NCBI GenBank assembly: GCA_951406725.2
Contig: OX597828.1
Coordinates: forward strand, 31,310,001 to 31,374,000
DNA: 64,000 nt
From: Octopus vulgaris
Taxonomy: Eukaryota
Direction: 5' to 3'
A program made the position numbers and the translations under genes. Below the pieces are notes generated by a model. The model did not search any database and was not told where the DNA came from. It was given only the letters and a program-made list of their open reading frames with translations. Shown piece by piece: positions 1 through 11,631 of this stretch. The number at the start of each line of letters is the position of its first letter. Positions within the stretch are counted from its first letter, which is position 1.

Positions 1-303
1 TTTTAATTATTACATAAAATTGCATTATATTTAAAACTCATATTTCATCACTGAATAATCTGCTGCTGCTGCTTTTATATTGTGAGATTGTATATTACAT
101 TTTAGCCAAATTGAAATGTGGTGTAAGGTATTATTAAGAAAAATATATAGAATATGTTTCTAAATTCTCATTAGTAATCACCACCTGTTTCTTCTTCAAA
201 TCGAGTAAAATATTCTACGTTCTTGAGTATATATAATTAATTCGCAACTTTTAACAATGTGTGCTGGAAAAAAAACTTTTCCTCTCTATATTTCTTTCAA
301 CAG

Positions 304-398
304 GCTCCATTGATCAGATCAAGGAAATTAATCATATTCTCAATGAAACATCTTTTGAAACAAAAAATTCTCGAAACGCAAAAACTAAGAACATAAAA
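304..398 (+). CDS. Candidate isolated coding exon, product unknown
   Basis: Pyrimidine-rich acceptor cctctctatatttctttcaacag|, open frame (x)SIDQIKEINHILNETSFETKNSRNAKTKNIK, donor |gtaatg at 399. No family recognised. Confidence 0.3.
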
Positions 399-1390
399 GT
401 AATGTTTTCAAATTAACTTCGGAAGAATATTGAATTGTCGACTGATCGTGAAAGCATTGTGGTTTGAATTGGGATTAACTTCTTAGATAATTCTATTTAA
501 TATAATGATATGAATTATAAGAAAATCTCGAGAAAGGCACCTACATACAAGTTAGAGCTGTCAAAAATATTTGCCAAATTCAGACACACGGCACAGTAAG
601 AGTCGGAAACAATTTAAATTAAACAATTATTTGATGGAAACCGACTAAACTTTACAAGACAGTAAAAATAATTTATGATAGGAGACAATGCAACATTTTT
701 TAAGTGTTATGTCAAGCCTCGTCAGATTATTAAACGAAATATTCCGTATTTGCTTTACCTCTCAACTTGATAAGTTCTAGCCATTGCTTTAGAATTTATT
801 ATTAACATCAATTATTTAGGAACATGCATATAATATTATATGCAAGGGTAGCATAAATATTATCATGTAAATGAATGTTTCGGCATTATACAATTTATGA
901 GATTGATTTATGTCGTTTGCGTAGCATTTTATATTGTTCCCTGTTTAGGTTCAATGTGAATATATTGGAAATTATACTCAGTGCTAGCGATATCTACATC
1001 TGTTTCTACATCGAGTTTCTCATTGGCATACAATATTATTCAGTCCACATAAAATAATAACGTACTTTGACTAATTCGATTGCATTGACTCAACATTTCC
1101 TCACTCATATATTTTAATCGTAATCAAATTGTTTTTACTTGAGATGGAGTACCTTAAAGTGAAGAAGCTAGCTTTTAGAGGAACCACTACACGAGATGCA
1201 TCCAGTTCAACGAAACCTCCAATGACTTTGATTTGTTATATGGAATTAGAATTTGCATTATAAACTCCCCTTACAATTGATAAGATATCTTAATTAGACT
1301 TGTTCTATTGTACTCAGTGGTTTTTAAATTTTTTGATCACATTTAATCACACAAGCCTTTTTTTAATGAACCCCTAAGAAATAGTTTTTT

Positions 1391-1910
1391 CCTCAAGAGA
1401 AAGCACAATGTGTATCATGGTTTATTGAGATAAAATCGGATACGCACACTCAACGAAACTACAGAGCAAAGTATAGAAAAGAACCACCATCGCTTCCGTT
1501 AATTCATGCATGGCATAAGAGATTTATGAAGATACGGACAGTGTTACATAGAAAGAAGAGTGGGCTACTAAGAACATCTGAGGAAAACATTGATCACGTG
1601 AGAGAAACCTTTTCTTGCTCACCCACAAAGTTTATCCATACTGCTGTCAGACAAATAGAGCTACCACGTTCAACAGTTCAGACGTTCCTACACACGAAAC
1701 TTCTATTGCTCGCTTACAAAGTGCAACTCTTACGGGCAATCGAGCCAAATGATAAACCAAGTAGAAAATAGTTTGCAGTTTAAATGTTGCGACTAATTTC
1801 TGAAGATGAAGCATTCCTCAGGCGAGTTTGTTTTAGTAATGAGGCAACCTTTTACGTTTCAGTGAAACTGAACAAGTAGAACGTGAGAATCTGGGGGATC
1901 AGAAGAACCC
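1391..1910 (+). pseudogene. Decayed Tc1/mariner-superfamily (Tc3-like, DUF4817-type HTH) transposase
   Basis: Frame from 1391 reads PQEKAQCVSWFIEIKSDTHTQRNYRAKYRKEPPS...WHKRF, continues into ORF 1526-1771 (SEENIDHVRETFSCSPTK...AYKVQLLRAIEPNDK), then past stops to FLRRVCFSNEATFYVS...NVRIWG, the FSDEAxF...NxRIWG signature. Confidence 0.85.
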
Positions 1911-1994
1911 CAGTTATCTTATCAATTGTCTTTGAAATGAATTTTATAAATTATGGAAAGACTTTATGGACATCCTGTATTTCTGACGCCTCAA

Positions 1995-2026
<32 letters not shown>

Positions 2027-2217
2027 TTATGTGTTTGTGTGTGTGTGTGTATGTGTGTGTGTGTGAGTGTATGTATGTGTCTGTGTCTGTGTCTGTGTGT
2101 GTAATACATTGCTTTTTTTTCAAACACAAAGTTCAGTTATATTTTCTAATTCGAGAGTTTTAACTTTCCAAATGAATATTAGCATTGAAATATCCAGTGC
2201 TTTATGATTAATACTGA

Positions 2218-2306
2218 ATTAATACACGTAGATCATTTCAGTTGTCTACAATTAGAATCACAATAATGTTATTTGTAGACAACTGAACACATCTCTGTGT
2301 ATTAAT
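2218..2306. other. Compact hairpin with pre-miRNA-like dimensions
   Basis: ttcagttgtctacaa (2237-2251) is the exact reverse complement of ttgtagacaactgaa (2273-2287). The outer arms attaatacac/gtgtattaat and agat/atct also pair. Confidence 0.6.
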
Positions 2307-2461
2307 AGAGCATTATTCATAAAGTACGACGTAGTTCATTTGCTAAATTCAAATTCTTGAAATAGAAGACATAACTGGATTTTGATTTTGGAAAAGCTAT
2401 GTATCATATATGTATTTGAGGGGTCAGAATGATAATGCAAAGTATACCTTCAAATGATATA

Positions 2462-2686
2462 TCAAAATGATTTAATATTATCTTTAATAAACATTTGATG
2501 CAGCTCCTGTAGTGGAGTTCTTATTTTTCTTGCTATGGAAAATGCATCCATATCAAGATATAAAGCATATGTTAATTTGCTTTGAATGAAGAGTTGAATG
2601 TATTTCAGTTGCAAAAGATCATAAATTTCCTTTTGTGCTAAGCATGCGAATAGCTCGGATATTACATCACAAACCATGCGCTGCAG
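2462..2686 (-). CDS. Putative terminal coding exon of a Nexin_C-domain (SNX13/14/19/25-like) gene
   Basis: Strong acceptor ttttttctttttgttcccag| then phase-0 LQRMVCDVISELFACLAQKEIYDLL...KDNIKSF*. It joins in frame to exon 11528-11631. Confidence 0.5.
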   Translation of the reverse strand: MQRMVCDVISELFACLAQKEIYDLLQLKYIQLFIQSKLTYALYLDMDAFSIARKIRTPLQELHQMFIKDNIKSF

Positions 2687-3907
2687 CTGGGAACAAAAAG
2701 AAAAAACGTTTCTAATTGTATGCAGAATTATGTGAAGTACGTTCCACTTGTTCTGTTTTAGTTAACACATATTTGAGGCCATTCAATGTTTTTAGAATTA
2801 CAAGAAATTCCAAACAGTAAAGGCTTATTGTGTAAAAATTTAATATATGCGTGTTTAAATATACAATAATTATATTGAAATAACAATTAAAACACAATGT
2901 TATTTACTTCCAGTAACTAAATACTACGCGTTACACAGATTACTTAATGCTTTAGTATTGCAATAATTATTTTTTCCGCTTGAATTATTCGAACATTATC
3001 TTCAAAGAGACAATAAAAATTTAATAATATAGAACAAATTTGTTAATTCAACTCCATCGAAAAATAAACACAAGATAAACCATTTTTTAAAAAAAACGTG
3101 CTTAGATGGTGTTCGTATCGATTTACGTTCCATATTTAATTGAAAATTAATATTAATATCCTCGCTACATTGCTTTTCCAGACAGACTGAAAACATAAAT
3201 GTGTAAAATATACTCGCGGAGTATATTACCATGATTGACTAAATATCTCATCGCTGCAAAGTAAATAACACTCACAAACGATCATCCAACAGAGTTGGTT
3301 CGATTAAATATATAGATCGGCAAAAATAAATAAATAAATACAATCGGTTGAAATACATTTATATTGTTTGGTTTACGAAAATTCTTCATACTGTTCATCA
3401 ACTATATAGTCTGGAGCTGATCAATCAATGACAAATAAGGGCGTTCCAAGGCGCCTTTCAATTTCTTTATTTGGGGAAATTATTGCAATGATATTATGAT
3501 CGACTATCGTAAAGATAATTAGGAGTTATAGGAAGGACATATAAGTTGAAAATGTACGTGGACGATAGAACAAGTCGATTTCTCCGTACTCGGGCGAACG
3601 GATGCTTAAAGCAAGTGGTAGCTAACACACAAGATTGTAGCTACTAATGCATCATCGATAAAAGAAACCAAATTTCTTTTCTGACATCAAATATACCTCG
3701 ATCGTAAAGTAAAGTCAAATGAATGAAAATTCATTACTAACTCAGACATTGAAACCAGCTTAATGATCAAATAATATGTATATACTATTACTTTTAAGAA
3801 TTTGTTTTGCAAGGTACCTGATGTGAAATCTTGTGTTGCTTGATTGATTGATTGATTGATTCTAGTTTCAGCTTATGAGCTGTGGCCATGCTGGGGCAAA
3901 CAGATAT

Positions 3908-4320
3908 TTTTATATTTCAGGACTGTCATACTTTTGCGAAATAAACACACGCTCTGTATACTCGTTCTTCCCTTCCGCTTTCTTACTGTTCGTATTTTAA
4001 AGTCCCTTGTATAGAAATGTTTCGTCACACATCCTGTGGCCACTTAGCTGCCGCTCCATCTCACGTATTTCTTCCTGTCATGTTTTGTCCATTCTATCTT
4101 TCTATGGTGTGTGATCTTATCTAGGATCCACACTATAGGACAGAATAGATTAAATAGAACAGGAGGAAACTCACGGGATGGAGAGTAACCGAAGAGGTTA
4201 CAGGATGTGTGACGAGACGTTGGACGTAAAATAAGAACAATCATGAACAAGTGAACAACGAATATGTGGTGCGTGTACTTATTTGGCAAGAAACAATGAC
4301 CATCCCGAAATATAGCAATT
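3908..4320. mobile_element. Divergent inverted pair of decayed HHR-bearing (PLE pLTR-like) repeats
   Basis: About 3908-4090 is a diverged reverse complement of about 4150-4320 (shared cgtcacacatcctgt/acaggatgtgtgacg). Both carry a degenerate HHR core. Same family as 17360-17530. Confidence 0.7.
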
Positions 4321-4338
4321 CATATATATATTTAAAAT

Positions 4339-4568
4339 GCGGCGAGCTGGCAGAAACGTTAGCACGCCGGGCGACCTGCGTAGCCGTATTTCGTCTGTCG
4401 TTACGTTCCGAGTTCAAATTCCGCCGAGGTCGACTTTGCCTTTCATCCTTCCGGAGTCGATAACTTAAGTACCAGTTACGCACTGGGGTCGATGTAATCG
4501 ACTTAATCAGTTTGTCTGTCCTTGTTTGTCCCCTCTGTGTTTAGCCCCTTGTGGGTAGTAAAGAAATA
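4339..4568 (+). mobile_element. tRNA-derived SINE (octopus-type family A)
   Basis: Head ggcgagctggcagaaacgttagc, B-box-like gagttcaaattcc, body gtcgactttgcctttcatcc...gcactggggtcgat. Related copies at 31458, 46060 and 46808. Confidence 0.85.
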
Positions 4569-4743
4569 TATATTTAAAATTATTAATGCTAATCCTATCA
4601 ATTCACTGCTTCCCATTCCGTTATTTACCAAAATTCCTGGAATCATCACACATAGTTTAAAAGATCTCATCGAAAGTTCACATGCGTCATATTTTCACCT
4701 TTATACTTAGTCGATGTTTTCAAAATACCTCTTTAGTTAAATA

Positions 4744-5118
4744 CTAGTAGTATCGCCCGGCGTTGCTCGGGTTTTTAAGGGAAATAACTATAAAGTATTT
4801 TTAGAGAGTTATAGCCAAAAATTAGCAAAAATTAGGGTAAATATTTTTTTAAATCGTTGACTCATCGTAGACATTTTTAGAGAGTTACTTCCCTTATATT
4901 AAAAAAAAATGCCTTAAAATGGAAAAAAATGATGGTAAATTATTTTTTAAAATCATAGACTCATCGTAGACGCGCGCTAATACCCAGAAGGGCTTGATAT
5001 GAATCACGACTATAAGATACCCGGTTTTGGTTAAACTGCACTGCAAAATGTGAGAGTAGTTAGGAATCTAAATCGAAGGGGACAGACACTCACACAAATT
5101 CACTTTTATATATATAGA
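4744..5118 (-). mobile_element. Non-autonomous Helitron
   Basis: The minus strand starts A|TCtatatatataaaag and ends with the GC hairpin cccgagcaacgccggg followed by CTAG|T, i.e. inserted at an AT dinucleotide without a TSD. It has an internal tandem duplication (ttttagagagtta ... gactcatcgtagac twice). Confidence 0.8.
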
Positions 5119-5257
5119 TATTCATTGAGAATATTATATACTGAATTTATATTGAGTGCTCTATTGCATTAAATATTAATACTATTAAAGTATGTATGTA
5201 TTCAATACGAATGATAATATATATTTTATATAATATATTATTATTAATATAATAATA

Positions 5258-5307
<50 letters not shown>

Positions 5308-5443
5308 TGTATATATAAAGTAAGGTATTCAGAGATCTGGATGGTTTATTAACATGTATGTTTTTACAAATCACATATTTTCATCTACTCTATTAGAATC
5401 TTCAGATTTAAATTGTATGTATATAAACAAGTGATGTATATAT

Positions 5444-5852
5444 ACTCTTTACCCTTTTACTCTTTTACTTGCTTCAGTCATTTGACTGCGGCCATGCTGG
5501 AGCACCGCCTTTAGTCGAGCAACTCGACCCCGGGACTTATTCTTTTTGTAAGCCCAGTACTTATTCTATCGGTCACTTTTTGCCGAACCGCTAGGTGACG
5601 GGGACGTAAACACACCAGCATCAGTTCTTAAGCAATGCTAGGGGAACAAACACAGTACACAAACACAAACACATACATATATATATACATATATACGACA
5701 GGCTTCTTTCAGTTTCCGTCTACCAAATCCACTCACAAGGCATTGGTCGGCCCGGGGCTATAGCAGAAGACACCTGCCCAAGATGCCACGCAGTTGGACT
5801 GAACCCGGAACCATGTGGTTGGTTAGCAAGCTACTTACCACACAGCCACTCC
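5444..5852 (-). mobile_element. Full-length tRNA-derived SINE (octopus-type family B)
   Basis: Minus-strand head ggagtggctgtgtggtaag...ggttcagtcc (A and B boxes), internal microsatellite and an (agtaaa)-like tail. Near-identical to 43125-43534. Confidence 0.9.
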
Positions 5853-5894
5853 ATATATATATATATGTATGTGTGTGTGTGTGCGTGTGTGTGT

Positions 5895-6466
5895 ATACAG
5901 GGACAGAATTAAGAAAAATCAGATTTGTTTTGAAGGACTAAAGAATATATTAGAATCATAATAGTAGAAATATTATACAATATTCTATAACATAGATTTT
6001 TTTTCTTTCCAACACAATAAACGGTTTCGTAATCCCTTGTGAAATTATGAGTTTTTGGATGAATTTCTGAATTAGACATTTTCTTTGCTAACGGGGATAA
6101 TTATCAAAAAAAAAAAAAAAAAAGCAGGAATCAGCAATAAATTCATATTGAAATTTAATGATTTACCCCAACTATTGTAAGAATGTATAGACCAATAAAT
6201 AAAAAAAAAATACAGATTTACCTCCCATTTACTGTAAAATATCTTGGTTATCAATTATTCCCCCTAGCAAACAAAATGTCTAATTCAGTAATTCATCTAA
6301 AACTCATAATTTGAAGAGCGATAACGGAACCGGTTATTATGTTGAAAGAAAAAAATCTTACTTTGTATATTAATGTATAATACGGTTACCATTATGATTC
6401 TAAAATATTCTTTAGTCTTTTAAAAAAAATATTCTGTGTTTTTCATCTTATTACTTTCCGTATGTA
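5895..6466. mobile_element. Foldback/MITE-like element with ~200-bp inverted arms
   Basis: gactaaagaatatattagaatcataat pairs with attatgattctaaaatattctttagtc, and aattatgagtttttggatgaatttctgaattagacatttt pairs with aaaatgtctaattcagtaattcatctaaaactcataatt. Spacer about 6105-6250. Confidence 0.75.
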
Positions 6467-6520
6467 TTCAACCACGTGCAATCACCCACCATACTTTCTA
6501 CCTGATATATCTATCTATTA

Positions 6521-6555
<35 letters not shown>

Positions 6556-6596
6556 GATATGTATATATATATATAGATAGATATATATATATATAT

Positions 6597-6795
6597 TAGT
6601 TGAAATTTATAGAAAAACGAAATTGGAAGACAGCAGCATGCACAACAAGCTAGTGTATTAGTTTCACGCTCAGGAAAAATGAGAAAATATGTTACGTTTA
6701 GAGCTTAGGCTCTTCAAAAGAGGGAATAAGAGTAAATAAACAGAGAGAGAATGACAAAATAACTTGTAGAGGTCACCGGTCCAACATGGCGAATG
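6597..6795 (-). mobile_element. Decayed pLTR-like repeat with HHR remnant
   Basis: The reverse complement resembles 35155-35328 and 53650-53835 (gaagagcctaagctctaaacgtaa core; gagcg..aactaatacac). It abuts a (TA)n tract. Confidence 0.55.
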
Positions 6796-7288
6796 AGTGG
6801 TAAAAAAAGAGGTTGAAAGGGAGTTAGTAATCAAAGAAGGGATAGAATGAAAGGGAGATAAAAATTGTTAGTGATCCCAACATGAGAAGGTATCGTGCGC
6901 CTGTGTGTGTATGTGGGAATGGTGTGTTTGAGTATGTAAGTGTCTATGTGTGAATAGGGGCGAGTGACTCTGACGGGTGTGAGTGTGTACTTATGTAACG
7001 TGTGTTGTGTGTAACAGTTGATGTGTGCTTTTCAACGTGCTGTGTGAAAATGTATGTGTCTCTGACCAGTGTGCATGTGTATGGTGGATGTATGGGGGCG
7101 GAAGTTATCTTTGTATATGTTGCATATGTTAATGCGTGCTGTGTGTGCATGTATATGTTGTCTGTGTCCAGGTATTATGTGCGTGTAAGGTTATATGTGG
7201 GGGAGTATACATTGTCTGCGTTCAAGTTGTATATGCTTGTGTGGGTGTGTTACTCTACATGATAGAGTTTTACTGCGTGTGTGTGTGT

Positions 7289-7607
7289 GGGCGCAATGGC
7301 CCAGTAGTTAGGACAGTTGACTTGCGGTCGTAGGATCGCCATTTCGATTTCCCGACTGGGCGTTGTGAGTGTTTATTGAGCGAAAACATCTAACACTACA
7401 CGAGATAGGTAGTGGTGGTGAACCCTGCTGTATTTTCACTACATCTTTCCCTCATTCTTTCTGCCTGTTTCTGTTGTAGCCATTAATTCAGTGGGCCAGC
7501 TTTGTCACTCACTGTGTCCTGCCGAATTTCCCCGAGAAATACGTTAAGGGTACACGTGTCTGTGGAGTGCTCAGCCACTTGCACGTTCATTTCACGAGAG
7601 ACTGTTT
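7289..7607 (+). mobile_element. tRNA-derived SINE (family C) inserted in a TG-rich tract
   Basis: tRNA-like head gggcgcaatggcccagtagttaggacagttgacttgcggtcgtagg...ttcgattt followed by a non-tRNA body. Confidence 0.65.
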
Positions 7608-7741
7608 GTGAGGCTGCTTATATACCGGTATGTGTGGTGATGCTACTCAAGTTTGGACGATGGTGTGTGCTGTGGGTGCTGAGAAGTGGTCAGTGCTAGT
7701 GTGTGTTTGTATCAAATGAAGAGAAGAGGTGAGATTTGTGT

Positions 7742-8995
7742 CATATGAAGAGAGAAAGGGAATTGAGCCCATCTGCCGCAAAAAAAAAACGAAGAGAGAA
7801 GATTAATTCTTGTGCACAGATTAATTCTTGTGCACAGAGTAGACGTGAGTCTGGATGGCCCCTGTCGAAAGTCCGTAGACAGAGAGATGTTGAAGCCAAT
7901 GAGAAGTAGAGCGGAAATGGCACGAGTCTGAGGTGTCGATTGCGGGTCTAATGTTTCGCAGTTGCTCCGCGAATCGGTCAGCCAAGCGGCGTCCTATTTG
8001 ACCGAAGAACAGGGAAGGATACAGAGATCAGGGGTTGCAGTAAATGACGTTACTAAATCTGCAGATAAGAGCCCGGTGATGTAACAGGGACGATGATCAA
8101 TGCTTGTGAGGATGGTAGTATTCGAGAATTAGGGGCAGCTATGACAGCGTGAGATGAAGCAGGGGAACATGCCCGGGTGGGAGGTGGGGTTACGGATGAA
8201 ACCAATAACCAGGCGGTCAGGCATGTTATGGCTGGTTTGAAGAAAGGATAGGGTAGTTTGGGGAAGATGTGGAAAGTGGAGGGGTTGGGCTGGAGTCACC
8301 GGAATGCTCGGAGGATTGAGCGTTGAAGTGGCAGGGTTGTGGGATGGTAGATGAGGGGAAGAGGAGACGAGAAACGTAAGGACGGGTGAGAGGACAAGTA
8401 GCAGGGGCTCGGTCCACAGATCGGACCCTGGCAAGGGCAGTGTGGGTAGTGGTGAAGGGATATCCACGTAGGATGTAGTGGCGAGCAATGAGTAGAGAGT
8501 GAGACACAGTCAGGGTTGTCATTGAAGAGCCTGCGAAGACGGAGGAATTAGGAGTAGGGTACGGAGAATTTGGTGTCTGTTGGATGGAAGGCGGAGAAGT
8601 TCTGGTAAGAGTGTGGATGGATATAGTGAGAGTGGAGTGATGTTTACTGACAGAAATTTCGGGAAATTCGACGAAAGACTGAGAGATAGTGCAGAGGAGT
8701 TAAATGGCAGGATGGAAGGTTGGACAAAAGAGAGTAAGGAGAGTAGTTGTTCGCGGGAGAATGAGGCCGCACCGTTACAGTCATCGATATAACGATTGTA
8801 TAGTTCGGGAGTGGCACCAGTGAATTGTGATAATATTTGACCTTCAACGTAGACAACGAACTGGTTCGCATAGTTGGGGCCATTCTCAACCTTATGGAGA
8901 TTCTCGAGACTTGTTCATAACAAATCCCTATGAGGATGATGGTGTTGGAGAGGTAGGGGCCGGTGCGACCGCGTCGGAGGGAGCAGGTGATCTTT
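7742..8995 (-). pseudogene. Penelope-like retroelement remnant (RT plus GIY-YIG endonuclease)
   Basis: With frameshifts, the minus strand gives YEQVSRISIRLRM/GPNYANQFVVYVEGQILSQFTGATPELYNRYIDDC (PLE RT motifs) and downstream CRFSNVIYCNP*SLYPSLFFGQIGRRLADRFAEQLRN (GIY-YIG). An 18-bp tandem duplication lies near 7800-7837. Confidence 0.9.
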
Positions 8996-9362
8996 ATATA
9001 TGTATGTATGCACCAACACAGGAATATCTCTTCAGATTTTGTGGTCGGTCAATGCTCATCCATTGGAGACGAATGATTACTCTGTAGGGCATTTTACTAC
9101 ACATAGCATATCTACAAAGCCTGACATAGATACTGAGACTGCATTTGAAAAGATGACTTTTCAGGTCCACAGTGGGAGTGTCCCATATATACACATACCT
9201 ATATATATGTGTGTGTGTGCGTGTGTGCGTGTGTGTGTATAAATAGATATACGTATTCATACATATATATATATACATATACATATGCATGAATATATAT
9301 GTATATATATATATATATGAATATATGTGTGTATTTATATATACATATTTATACATACATAA

Positions 9363-9412
<50 letters not shown>

Positions 9413-9949
9413 GTTTATGAGAGAAAGAGAGGGGGTGGAAGGAGAGAGAAAGAAAGAGACGGAGAGAAGAAAATAAATATATACTTGCAGCTGATTATGT
9501 TTCCACAAAATTCAATGCAGTTATATACTTATATAAACAGACTTATTCTTGAAATATGATTTAAAACTATATCAGACAATACCGCTGAAGAGAAGTTCGG
9601 CAGTCTATAAAATAATAGAAACGTGCCATCAACGGTTATATTGTGTTGACTCCAATAGCAGAGGCAAATTTACGATGTAGTATAATTTATATAATATATA
9701 TTTTATTTAAACTTTATTGCTAAATTGATAAATAATACTTTTGATACAGAAAATATGGAACTACAACCATATCCTAATAAATGCAAACACACGATACATC
9801 GAATATTACAATTTCTGCTCTTATACATGTCTACATGTACATAAATATGTATATTTACTGTATACATGTATACAAGCTTATAAACATATATGTGCATGAG
9901 AGGTCTGTATAAACATATATGTGCTTGAGGTGTGTGTATAACTCTGTTA

Positions 9950-11180
9950 CTACTTTCTGATCGAGAGAAGCAACCACTTGAAACCTCCTCTGATACATCA
10001 TGTAGTGAATGAGGAGGTTTCATGCTGCGAGCCGTTTAAGTCTAAGCTGTTGCAGTGTCTGAACCTCTATTTCAAAGGTGACGTGGAGATCATTGGAGCT
10101 ATGTAGTGTGGCTTGCTGTGTTGATGGTGTAACTTTCAATGCCAAATATTGGATCAAGTTTGTAGGCGTTCAATTCAGGTGCTTCCAGATGTATATTATG
10201 GTATATACTTCCGACTAGAGAGTAGATTTTTAACTTTTTAATCCTTTCCCAGTAGCTTACGTGTTGCAATTGAGACGATGTATTATGTGTACCTTCACTG
10301 GATTGCTTCTAGTTTGACCTTTAATTTAAGAGTTTCTGGTGGCCATTGTTGAGGGCAGCAGTGTAAGCGACTGAAGACATATGTCCTCCAACAGACCATC
10401 ATGCTTCGTGTTCTCTCATTTTGAATGTTATAAGGATCGATCCCACAAGGTGTTTGCAACTTAGCTGTTTGCCAACATAGCCAAATTCAACTGAAGGAGG
10501 CATCATTACTCGTGTCAATGCCCAAGCAACGCGTTGATTTTGATTCAGGCGTTGCAATCTCTCCTCTAGCAGTTTGTCCTGTATACATTTCCTTCAATGT
10601 CGTCTACTGGGGGCTCTGGGCTTTGAGGTTTCAGCATTAAACTACATGATATTGCCCTCAGCCCAATCCCATATCGAGGGCAGCTACTGTTGTAGGCGTT
10701 CAATATCACCGCGTTCTGTATCTTTTGAGGGACGTTTTTTTATTATCTGCATAGATATGAAAGATGGCTATCTGAAGAGCTGAGGTCATGTGTGAGAAAG
10801 TAACTGTGAATAGTAGTGGCCCTAAGACAGTGCTGTGTGGAACACTAATTGCTAAATTGGTTTCCTTAGAATTGAATCCATGGGGCACCACTGCCTCCTG
10901 TCTTCTAAACAGTCGTGTAGCATATCTCCAAGGTTTCCGATTATCCTGTTATCACCACGCTTGTGACATACCATACTATTATCATCTTTATCGAAGGCTT
11001 TTGCCAAGTTGACATATATTACGTCCACATTAGAGCTGTTGAGCACCTCCTTTAACACCCAGTCGTATTGCTTGATTTGAAAACAACATGGCTGGTGTCA
11101 GGCACAAAGTTATTATATTCAGCAAATATCAATATCTGGTATTGTGAAGCATTTGGGCCAATCCTGTTTGAGAAACACAT
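9950..11180 (-). pseudogene. CR1-type LINE reverse transcriptase remnant
   Basis: VDVIYVNLAKAFDK, then SVPHSTVLGPLLF and IFHIYADNKK (degenerate GVPQGSVLGPLLF and YADD) in shifted frames. Boundaries approximate. Confidence 0.9.
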
Positions 11181-11527
11181 CATGAATTCATACAGACACA
11201 CGCACACGCACAGGCATATACACACACATATATACATATACACACACATATATACATATACACACACATATATACATATACACACACGCGAACGAGTGTT
11301 TGTGTGTATGTATACGTATATAGGCCAAACTTGAAATAAGATTGGCCAAAGATGCCCTCTCTTCCTGCCCCTCTCTCTCTCTGTATATGAATATATGTGA
11401 TACAGTGTTATCTACATATGTAGACATGCCGGGGAATATATGCATGCATGTGTGTACACAAAAGCGGACACGGACTCACGTACACACACATATATAATTG
11501 AGTATGTGTATTAGGTTCAGTACATAC

Positions 11528-11631
11528 AATTTTCTGATTAACATAGATTTTCTGCAGAATGTTACAATATAGAACGGCGTCAGTATGAAATATTGTATCA
11601 AATTTCAGTAGAGTCTCGCTTAAGTTTTGCA
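11528..11631 (-). CDS. Putative penultimate exon of the Nexin_C-like gene
   Basis: Acceptor ttgctgcag| (weak tract), 104 nt open as xQNLSETLLKFDTIFHTDAVLYCNILQKIYVNQKI, and donor |gtatgt in phase 0, matching exon 2462-2686. Confidence 0.45.

Noticed and set aside
9582-9637. ACCG-CUGAAGA...GAAAC...CGGU hammerhead-like motif
   Set aside because: Stems II and III do not pair convincingly.
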